From positions 1,984,001 to 2,048,000 of the forward strand of contig OX337233.1 of NCBI GenBank assembly GCA_946965045.2: a DNA stretch of 64,000 nucleotides, read 5' to 3'. Made by a program: the position numbers and the translations under genes. Below, piece after piece: positions 1 to 8,107 of the stretch. Position 1 is the stretch's first letter; the number at the start of each line of letters is the position of its first letter. The stretch is from Epithemia pelagica. Lineage: Eukaryota > Protista > Bacillariophyta. The notes below the pieces were generated by a model. It saw only the letters and a list, made by a program, of their open reading frames with translations. It did no database searches and was not told the DNA's origin.

Positions 1-205
1 AGCACAACCTTGCGAGATACAGAGCCACTACGGTGGGATAGAGAAGGGAGTCTCGGGAACAAAGGAAAATGAATGGGGCGATATCTAAAGGCACTGAAAC
101 CAGAAGATTTTCTTTCTTTTTCGATCTCTGCCGTAGTCGGATCCATAATCGATGTCGGCTCCATGATCGAGTTCGTATCGTTTAAAGAAGTATAAGTCCG
201 TCCTC

Positions 206-425
206 TGTGAAAACTCTCCTACGGCCCAAGTAGATGAGTTGGACTCAGGTGGCAAAAGAGATTATAAGGTTAAACCTAGGGTGGACTGGAATGGAATGAT
301 CCCGTAGGAATCGTGTGTACGTTCCCCAAAATTGTGTAGCGCATACGTTGTACGTTCCCCAAAATTGTGTAGCGCATACGTTGTGACCGTTGAGCACGCG
401 AGGCGATATGTCCAATATTTTAACA
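206..425 (-). repeat. 3' LTR of Copia element 1 (220 bp, with 33-bp tandem duplication at 316-348/349-381)
   Basis: Direct repeat of 6407-6593; plus-strand termini TGTGAAAAC...TTTAACA. Confidence 0.97.
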
Positions 426-3400
426 CTCCCTCTCGCGCACAATTGTAGTCGTCCATCCCATCACCATCTTTCGCAGTGGTGCCAAAACATTTTGAGCCAA
501 TGGCTTGGTGAGATAATCACTCAGTTGTTCCGTGGTAGGAATAGCGTGGATCGTGATATCCCCTCGTTCCACGTAGCCCCTAAAGTGATGGAGTTTTACG
601 TTCAGGTGCTTGGTTCGTGGTCGAAATTTATGGACCTTTGCCATTTCCAGCGCCCCACTGTTGTCCTCGAAGACCTTACAGTGTAGTTTGGCCCTGGTGT
701 CGGCGATATCGATGCCATGTCCCTTCAGCTCCTTCAGTATCTCCATCAATGGGATGGCTTCTCTCAAAGCGTATGACAACCCCGTGTATTCGCTCTCCGT
801 CGAGCTCAGGGCGATCTCAGTCTGTAACTGTGATTTCCACACGACGGGGCATCCTTTGTAGCGGATGATGTATCCGTGTCGCGACCGTGCCGTATCCGCA
901 TCGGTCTCGGGTTGCTTTGGATCCCAGTTGCCTGCGAAATCGGCATCCACGTACACTTCCAATCCTGCGTCTTGGTCTGGTTGGAAGGTCATTCCCTTGT
1001 CTCTTGTTCCCAGCAGATACCGGCCAAGCCATTTCACTGCGTCACCGTGTTCCTTGCGTGGGTTGGAACAAAATCGAGCACATTGGTGTGTTGCGTATGA
1101 TATATCACTCCTCGATCCGGCTTCAAGGTAATTCATCATTCCGATGACCGATCGGTAATTGAAGTGGTTATCAAAAGGTGATGAATCGTCGTGACGCTTA
1201 AGGATCCTGGATGATGCGGCTGGGGCGTCCTTGGGTTTTGCCTCCTTGCCGTCCAGTCTAAGGGCTGACAGGATCTTGTCAATCAGGTGTGGTTGGGTGA
1301 ACAGTATTGTCCCATCTTGTTGCTGTTCGATGTTTACCCCCAGGAAGTCTTTTATGTCACCCTCCACCGTGATATTTAGCCCTGCGTCTTGTATCTCCTG
1401 TATGACTTGATCGATCTCCTCTTGATCTGGCCCTGCTATTATGGAGTCATCTGTATACAACACGTACACTGTGCTCCCTTTATAAAACACACACTCATCG
1501 ATTTTGGACTTAGTGAATCCCACGTCCTCGACCAGTCGCTTCGAGAGGTACTGGTACCATACTCGACCCGCCTGTTTCTGCCCGTATAAGTTTGCATGGA
1601 GTTTGAATGCGTAGTCCTGCTTTTTCTTTCCGTCTGCGAGTTCGTACCCGCGAGGAATCTCCATATAGACCTCGCGTTCGACTGGTGCCTGCGGGTAAGC
1701 GAGTACGTAATCGATTTGCGTGGTGTGCCATTTGTTTGCGGCGACCAAGGTAAGGATGAGCCTTATTGATGCCCATGAGGCGACGGGTGCATAGGTCTGG
1801 TCGTAATGGATTCCCTTTTCCATGCGCGACCCATCAAAGTTGAGTCGTGCTTTGTGTTTCTTTATTTCTCGGGTTTTGATGTCCCTCTTTCTCCTCATCT
1901 GCCATACTCCTGGGAAAATCTTTTCCCCTTTTGGGATTTGGCTTCGGTGGATGATTGAGAAGTTTCCATCCGTGAATTGTCTGTCCATCTCCTGTTGCAT
2001 CCCGTTCATGAATTGCTCTGCGTCCGGTTCCTTCATCGCTTGATGGTGATACATAGTATCTGGATCCGATGCCGCTGCTTTGTATGCGAGCAATGATTCG
2101 TTGGGTGATGCTGGTGGATCATGTGGGAACATGGTCTCAAGACAAAACAATTCACCTTCTACAGCCTGCTCGCTGTGTGTTGTGTTCGCGACTATTTCAG
2201 TCGTCATTACTTCAATCAGCCGTTGTACAGGCCTTATTATCCTGCCGAACCGTGTCTTTTGTGATGGTGATGGTTCAGTGGGAGTGCTACCGCCCTGCTC
2301 CCTCTGTCCTCGCCGCTCACTTGTTGTTCGTCTTCTCTGTTGTCGACTAGTCGAGCCCTCCCCCGTTGTGTTCGGCGTCCCGGTTGTCTCACTGGGGTCT
2401 TGGCCATCCTCAGTTGGGATCGTTGGCGGACTTTCGTTTCGTGGTTGCGCATTATCATTCTGTTGTTGGGTTGGTTCGCTGGCTGGAGTTTCAGTTGGCT
2501 CTTGGAATCTCGCCCTTTTGTTGCTAGTCTTTGGTGGCGTTTGGCCTCCCTCTGGCTCTGGCGTTCGGTGTACATTTGCGCGCTCTGGTGTTGCGCTGAA
2601 ATGTGTTTTGTACTGCCAGTGTGACTCCAGGAATCCTTGTCTTGGAACGTCAAAGCTCTTGTTGAACTTGACGTGAAATTGCGGGCTAACATGTCCCGTG
2701 AATCGGTTCAGGACCATTGCCACGTTCCTATTGTGGATCGGGGACTGTCCCAGGTAGATCCCCACTCTTGCCCTTTGTTTCCACTTATGGTAGGGCTTGT
2801 TTCCCTGGAGAGCTTCGTCCAGGACATACACTGGACAACCGAACGGCTTCCAGTGCTTTCGATTCACGTTCACCGGTGTATTGCTAAATAGCTGTAGCGG
2901 TGAGCGCTTGCTTGGTTGTTGCATGTTTGGTGCAGCATTTAGGCAGTCGTTTGCGTGTCTTATGGCGTAGGGCCATAGGTTCGCGGTTATTGCATTCTTC
3001 CATCGCCTGTTGGCGTGGATCAACATGGTTCTAGCCATGCCTTGCAACTCTCTGATCCGCCTTTCGGCCTTGCCGTTGGTGTGATGAGCTCCCACACCGG
3101 CAAACGTCAGTGGTTGGTTTTGTCGATTGCATGCGTCTACCCACGCCTTGGCCTTGAAGATGCCATTGTCGGCGTGGTATGCAGCTATCTTTACTCCTCT
3201 AGCCATAGCGTACCGTTCGAAGGCTAGTTTCCCTTCTAGCGTCTCTTCGGCGCCCGATGACTTTTGGAGGTAGACGAATCCCAGTCCCGTCGCTTGGTCG
3301 ACATAGACTGTAGTGTACTTATACCGCTTCTTCGTTAGAAAACCGGTCATTTGTGCTATCAGTCCTGGGGTTGGTGACTCCATTTGGTCAACTGACACTA

Positions 3401-4457
3401 CCTCTCCTGGTTTGCTCGGTGGTCGCTCCGCCTCTCGGTCGCGTCGGTTTCGCGATCTCCATGGGCGCTTGGTCGCTTTTCCATACTGACACGCAGAGCA
3501 GACTGGCACCTTGCATTTTGAGAGTCGTGATGGAAGGGTTCCGTCCCTTGCCATTCTTTGAAGTTTCGTGAACGGTAAGTGTCCGAAGTCGTAATGACAT
3601 TGGAGCAGCTCTGCGGTTGGTGTTGGGAGCCTTTCTTCCTCATCTATGATGATGTTTGGAGCTGGCTCGTCCAATGTGGTGGCCTGTTTGCCATTTATGT
3701 CGAACTCACGTGGTTTGTTGTCGTTTTGTTCGTCCTCCATTGGCCAATCACTTGGATCCTGTTGCTCCTGCGATGATTCGCCGTTATCGTCATCGGATGC
3801 ATCCTCGTCGTCGGACACTACGGTTGCGTCGACTCGGAGTTCGTCGATGGTGATTGGATCCCGGTCGTCATCCTTGGTTCCAGTGTTGGTTTCCCTGCAG
3901 TATCGGTGATACGATTCGTATCCCCCTGACAGGGCGAATGTTGCGACATTGGTATGTTCGCTGTCGATGGGAACAGTTTTCCTGTTCTCCCTCTTGTTCC
4001 AAAACAGGGTGACGTGCTGGGCGGTTGTCGTTGTACCTGCTCCACCGCGTTTGTCTTGGTTCTTTCGCGTTTGGGCCCAGTGCTGTGGGCTCAGTAACCT
4101 GACGTGTCCTTCTGGAACGTAATACGATCGTGGGATTGTCATCCTATGGGGGATTCCCTGGTCGTCGTCCCAGTCCCATTGAAGGGTTCCTTGCCAAACA
4201 TTGTATGTTCTGGCCCCTCCGAATCCTTTGATTGCTTGTTTGCATTCTGTCAGTTCTCCTGGGAAATCTTCCCTTCTGTGACTGATGCATCCTGAGCATC
4301 GATTGTCGATGCCAACCAATCGTGAGTCAGTGTCGAAGGTTCCAACCTGTCGTGCTCCGTTGGACATTCCTGCTGACATGGCGATGACGGCTGCAAGGAC
4401 TCTGAGACTCACTTTGTGCCTTCGTCTTGTGTTGAGTTGGTGCTGCATGCTGCGCAT
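420..4457 (-). CDS. Copia Pol polyprotein (protease-like, integrase, reverse transcriptase, RNase H)
   Basis: Protease-like VGIDNRCS; integrase HHCC (HYDFGH...CSAC) and core (VSVDQM, YHADNG, NGKAERRIRE); RT (KARLNFDG, LYGQKQAGRVW, LYTDD); RNase H (VYVDADFAG, ALSSTESEY, EDNSGA, QLSDYLTK). The stop codon lies just inside the 3' LTR. Confidence 0.96.
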   Translation of the reverse strand: MRSMQHQLNTRRRHKVSLRVLAAVIAMSAGMSNGARQVGTFDTDSRLVGIDNRCSGCISHRREDFPGELTECKQAIKGFGGARTYNVWQGTLQWDWDDDQGIPHRMTIPRSYYVPEGHVRLLSPQHWAQTRKNQDKRGGAGTTTTAQHVTLFWNKRENRKTVPIDSEHTNVATFALSGGYESYHRYCRETNTGTKDDDRDPITIDELRVDATVVSDDEDASDDDNGESSQEQQDPSDWPMEDEQNDNKPREFDINGKQATTLDEPAPNIIIDEEERLPTPTAELLQCHYDFGHLPFTKLQRMARDGTLPSRLSKCKVPVCSACQYGKATKRPWRSRNRRDREAERPPSKPGEVVSVDQMESPTPGLIAQMTGFLTKKRYKYTTVYVDQATGLGFVYLQKSSGAEETLEGKLAFERYAMARGVKIAAYHADNGIFKAKAWVDACNRQNQPLTFAGVGAHHTNGKAERRIRELQGMARTMLIHANRRWKNAITANLWPYAIRHANDCLNAAPNMQQPSKRSPLQLFSNTPVNVNRKHWKPFGCPVYVLDEALQGNKPYHKWKQRARVGIYLGQSPIHNRNVAMVLNRFTGHVSPQFHVKFNKSFDVPRQGFLESHWQYKTHFSATPERANVHRTPEPEGGQTPPKTSNKRARFQEPTETPASEPTQQQNDNAQPRNESPPTIPTEDGQDPSETTGTPNTTGEGSTSRQQRRRTTSERRGQREQGGSTPTEPSPSQKTRFGRIIRPVQRLIEVMTTEIVANTTHSEQAVEGELFCLETMFPHDPPASPNESLLAYKAAASDPDTMYHHQAMKEPDAEQFMNGMQQEMDRQFTDGNFSIIHRSQIPKGEKIFPGVWQMRRKRDIKTREIKKHKARLNFDGSRMEKGIHYDQTYAPVASWASIRLILTLVAANKWHTTQIDYVLAYPQAPVEREVYMEIPRGYELADGKKKQDYAFKLHANLYGQKQAGRVWYQYLSKRLVEDVGFTKSKIDECVFYKGSTVYVLYTDDSIIAGPDQEEIDQVIQEIQDAGLNITVEGDIKDFLGVNIEQQQDGTILFTQPHLIDKILSALRLDGKEAKPKDAPAASSRILKRHDDSSPFDNHFNYRSVIGMMNYLEAGSRSDISYATHQCARFCSNPRKEHGDAVKWLGRYLLGTRDKGMTFQPDQDAGLEVYVDADFAGNWDPKQPETDADTARSRHGYIIRYKGCPVVWKSQLQTEIALSSTESEYTGLSYALREAIPLMEILKELKGHGIDIADTRAKLHCKVFEDNSGALEMAKVHKFRPRTKHLNVKLHHFRGYVERGDITIHAIPTTEQLSDYLTKPLAQNVLAPLRKMVMGWTTTIVREREC

Positions 4458-4481
4458 TCGTCCGTTCCGGTTCGACTTGAT

Positions 4482-4745
4482 TCAGGCGTGCAGTCTGCCA
4501 GCTATTCTCTCTATACCTTTGTTGGTGGCGTGGAGAGCCCGCGACAGCCAGTCTTGTGGGTCCTGTTTCTCTTCGGGATCGTCGTCCACTATATATGTGA
4601 CGAGTTCCGTCATTATCAGGATCCCCATTACTGCTTGGTATGCGATACCAACAATCAACCAGTCTATGGCGTGCCTAAGGGAGAAAGTGGTGAACATATA
4701 TACCATCATGGTTAGTATGCTTATCTTCCACTTCCTCCAGGTCCG
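4482..4745 (-). CDS. 87-codon hydrophobic segment between gag and pol, in frame with both and bounded by two UGA codons
   Basis: Open frame RTWRKWKISILT-MMVYMFTTFSL...IAGRLHA with a long hydrophobic stretch; same frame as 4746-6332 and 420-4457. Confidence 0.5.
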   Translation of the reverse strand, partial: RTWRKWKISILTMMVYMFTTFSLRHAIDWLIVGIAYQAVMGILIMTELVTYIVDDDPEEKQDPQDWLSRALHATNKGIERIAGRLHA

Positions 4746-6332
4746 TCAGGTACTGTATTCCGAGTCCTCCGCGTCCGAGTGGTTCTTGTCTTCCTCATCG
4801 GACATGATCGCCTCGTTGGCAACCGCCAACTTGATTGCGTCTTGTTTGCGTTTCTTTCCCGAGAAGTTGGACGACTTGTTTCGCCCACTTCCTTCTTCCT
4901 TTTTCTTACTTGCGGATGGATTCGCTTCTCGCTTCTTGGTCCGGCACTCGGACGGTTGATGGGTCCTCCACCCGCCGCCACAGTTGCCTCCTGTGTTTGG
5001 ACCACACCACCACCACTTTGCGTTGTTCCATACTCGGAATCGGCGCTCGGCCCCTTCCTTTGGTGGTACGTTGTTTCGGAGCCAGTTTGGCTTGGGTGGT
5101 TTGCTTGCCGATCCTCCTTCTTGTTTTGCTTGGCGTTTCCCATCAGGACTGTCCTTGTTCTTGGTCCTCTTTTGTTGCTTCTTCAGTGATTCAACTTGAG
5201 TTTGCAAGGCAAGCACTTCCCTCTGTTGCTCCGTTGGTTGTTCCCATTCGTTTCGGGTGAGCCTGGTCTTGTAAAAGTTGACGGCGCAAAGCATAAGGGT
5301 TGGTGCGTCGACTTCTGCCGATCCGTCTTCGTGGCCGTTCTCGATACCTTGTAAGTACACCTTAAACTTGTCGTCTTCAACGGCCTTGTACCCTTTGAAT
5401 AGGTTAACTACGAGGTCGCTCGTTGTATGGCCTCGTGCCTTCAATCCGTCCACTTGGCTTTGGACGTAGGCATTGAATGCGACTAGGTCGCTGCCGTTTG
5501 TTCGGATGTATTCATCCAGGTTAGTTAGGTTGAGTCTGATTGTTGAAACTGTCGCGTTTGAGTCAAGATAACTCTCGCGGACAATTATTTTGAACAAACA
5601 GGCTCCAGCATCCATACCGTCCACAGTATACTGTGAACGCCATATCTGGATTCGCTGTGCTCCCTTCGCCGTTAGGGAGTTCATCAACAGGTCAAACAGA
5701 ATCTTCGAGTTCTGGCTGATCCTGCTTTCGTTGTTGAGGATCTCTCGCTCCCACTTTCTGATGTCTTCCAAGTGGGCCCGTCCGTAGTCCTTGATGATGT
5801 TGATAGCACCGTCTGCTACTGGATTCTTGGGGTCTTTGGGTAGCATCGCATTCCCATGGGTTGCAGGTGAATTGAGCATTCCCAAATCCTTGGCGCGATT
5901 CAACAACAGTGTGATGAACAGTTGGAACTTGCTTGGTTCCACATCGAACTTGTCTTCACTGCTTGAGAACAGCGAGCGCGTCGCGTTCTCGTAGTACTTG
6001 CGACCTTCCTTTTGATGGAAGTCGAGTGTCTGATCCGTTCGTGCTTGCAATGGGGTGCGGATGAACGGATTTCCTCCTGGTGGAACTGCACCTCCAGGAG
6101 CTCCCATGGCTGCGACTGCGCGGTCAATCGCCATCACAATTCGTTGTGTGGCGCTACCTAGCGCGTCGACAAGGTCTTGATTCATCACTTGACGTGCCTC
6201 GAGGTAATCGTCTTCCTCTTCCTCCTCTTCTTGCTCGTTGGGGTTTCCTTGATTGCCCGCAACTGCTTCTTCTTCGTCTTCCGGCGCTCCGACGCCGCGT
6301 CGTGGATCTTCACCGCGAGTACGACGTGCCAT
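4746..6332 (-). CDS. Copia Gag-like protein
   Basis: 528-aa ORF starting just after the 5' LTR/PBS; helical capsid-like core and C-terminal Cys/His knuckle variant (WWWCGPNTGGNCGGGWRTHQPSEC). Confidence 0.9.
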   Translation of the reverse strand: MARRTRGEDPRRGVGAPEDEEEAVAGNQGNPNEQEEEEEEDDYLEARQVMNQDLVDALGSATQRIVMAIDRAVAAMGAPGGAVPPGGNPFIRTPLQARTDQTLDFHQKEGRKYYENATRSLFSSSEDKFDVEPSKFQLFITLLLNRAKDLGMLNSPATHGNAMLPKDPKNPVADGAINIIKDYGRAHLEDIRKWEREILNNESRISQNSKILFDLLMNSLTAKGAQRIQIWRSQYTVDGMDAGACLFKIIVRESYLDSNATVSTIRLNLTNLDEYIRTNGSDLVAFNAYVQSQVDGLKARGHTTSDLVVNLFKGYKAVEDDKFKVYLQGIENGHEDGSAEVDAPTLMLCAVNFYKTRLTRNEWEQPTEQQREVLALQTQVESLKKQQKRTKNKDSPDGKRQAKQEGGSASKPPKPNWLRNNVPPKEGAERRFRVWNNAKWWWCGPNTGGNCGGGWRTHQPSECRTKKREANPSASKKKEEGSGRNKSSNFSGKKRKQDAIKLAVANEAIMSDEEDKNHSDAEDSEYST

Positions 6333-6390
6333 TGTAGTGCTTGCGAAGGTCCGAAGGCGATTGATCGAGACTGTCGAGTGAACTGCACTT

Positions 6391-6408
6391 TAGCGCAGAG
6401 GAAGCGTG
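6391..6408 (-). promoter_or_regulatory. Putative primer-binding site complementary to the D-arm of initiator tRNA-Met
   Basis: Plus strand next to the 5' LTR reads TAGCGCAGAGGAAGCG(TG), resembling the conserved eukaryotic tRNA-iMet D-arm U(G/A)GCGCAGNGGAAGCG(U/C)G recalled from yeast, plant and animal sequences. No TGG-type PBS is present. Confidence 0.6.
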
Positions 6409-6593
6409 TGAAAACTCTCCTACGGCCCAAGTAGATGAGTTGGACTCAGGTGGCAAAAGAGATTATAAGGTTAAACCTAGGGTGGACTGGAATGGAATGA
6501 TCCCGTAGGAATCGTGTGTACGTTCCCCAAAATTGTGTAGCGCATACGTTGTGACCGTTGAGCACGCGAGGCGATATGTCCAATATTTTAACA
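6407..6593 (-). repeat. 5' LTR of Copia element 1 (187 bp)
   Basis: Direct repeat of 206-425; TG...CA termini. Confidence 0.97.
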
Positions 6594-7705
6594 GTCCTCT
6601 TTGTATGACGATCGATTGACGATGCAAGCACGCTTTAAAATGACGGCTGACACGCAAAGATCGATTCCTGTGCATTCTCAGCTTGCCAGTCAGGCGCGTG
6701 TCACGGCAAGGTTGGAAGAAATACGAGTACAGATATTCGTATTCGTAACATGGTGGGAAAACCAGCGGGAACTAGCCAGAAATAAGTTTGCTTTTCCCAT
6801 GCATGTCGTCTTCCTCTATACTTAAACGTTCCTTGTCGGGCGCTCGAGCATTTTGCAGTCCATGTTTCATGGCAACGTGTTGGTCCCGCGAGGTCGTCTT
6901 TGGCGAGACATTCACACATGCGAATATGAATACTCGTAGAAAGGAACACTCAGCTCTTCAACAGACGCCCGATTTTCTAGACGTAAGAACTACGAGTAGT
7001 CGGGAGGTGATTTCGCAAAAGCAAAATATCTGGAACGATATGTCATTGTGATTGCAAAGAGATAACAAAGGACTTTCCCATTGTCATTTTTTCCCAGATC
7101 CAGATTCCAGATTCAGATCTTCCATAAACGCGACTGATCAGTTGCTGACTACCTTTATCACTCGTCGTTCTACCGTCGTCGTGCCCTTCCCCACTCACTG
7201 AGGAGTGGGTCACTCCCCACACTCACACTACCTAAGCCCCAAAACTTACTGTACATGGATATTTTCCTTTAGTGTAGTAATCTAGAATAGCCCGGGAAAC
7301 GAAAAAGTAGGTGTTGGTTGTTGGTGCTGTGTTGTGTTTTGTGTTGTTGTATCAGTCGGAGTGGGAAATGGGGAACATTGACTATAAGTATTCTGTTTGA
7401 GTATTTATGGAACAAGCACGCCTCGGAGTTTGATTGGCATGCGATAAATGTGGGACGAATGATACTTAGACATTGAGCGTTATAAGTCATCCGATATAGT
7501 TGTATGTGATCCCTTAAGTGACTGGGTTATTTACAAAGGATTAAAGATTACCTTGTGCGCCATCATGAGTATGGCCAGCGTAAGTCTCTAAGACTAATTA
7601 GGCTCACGAGTACTAAGTATACATTAAGAGTACCGATCACTTAGGAAGACCGATAAATACCTAGAGCGCGCTGGCACGACTCCTCGTGACAAAGGAAGCT
7701 AACAT

Positions 7706-7914
7706 ACTTTAATAGCCCCGGGGACTCCTCGTCGCAGGGCGCTCCTCGTGGCTTAACTTCTCGTCGGGCAATAGCTTCTTGTCGTGGACTGCCCCCTCGA
7801 TCCGCTTACGCGGATCTCACAGGGGCAGTCCACTCCTCGTCGCTATTGCCCTTCTCGGAGTTAAGCCACTCCTCACACCCTAGCTCCTCCTCGTCCCACC
7901 CTGGCTGTTTAAGT
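7706..7914. other. Long rod-like inverted repeat with periodic TCCTCGTC-type internal loops
   Basis: Perfect stems 7748-7758/7859-7869, 7766-7775/7842-7851, 7784-7795/7822-7833 and 7799-7805/7810-7816 with TTAC loop; weaker outer pairing extends to about 7706/7914. Confidence 0.85.
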
Positions 7915-8107
7915 AGATTTACAACTGACAAATATACGGACATATTTTGTAGTCAGTAGTCAGTTTACGGCTCAAGTTTCTTTTGTTTGTCACAATGATT
8001 CCCGATGACGGCCGAATCTAGAATCATCACGCCGCGGCTGCTCTTGAGAACTCTTCAGAAATCGACAAAGAAGATCAGGTTGGAAACTTCTCAGAACTAC
8101 TGTCGTC

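Larger units (their letters stand above)
206..6593 (-). mobile_element. Full-length Ty1/Copia LTR retrotransposon (diatom CoDi-like), element 1
   Basis: TG...CA LTRs at 206-425 and 6407-6593 are identical apart from one 33-bp duplication. TSD GTCCTC at 200-205 and 6594-6599. Polypurine tract GAGAGGGAG (minus strand, 426-434) abuts the 3' LTR. gag then PR-IN-RT-RH order is the Copia order. Confidence 0.97.

Noticed and set aside
6385-6410. tRNA-Met gene
   Set aside because: Only the D-arm-like 16-18 nt match; no acceptor stem, anticodon arm or T-arm, so it is interpreted as a PBS.
7273-7923. Possible solo LTR (TGTA...TACA) containing the rod hairpin
   Set aside because: Flanks TTTAG and ACTGA do not form a TSD and there is no second copy in the window; left as unproven.
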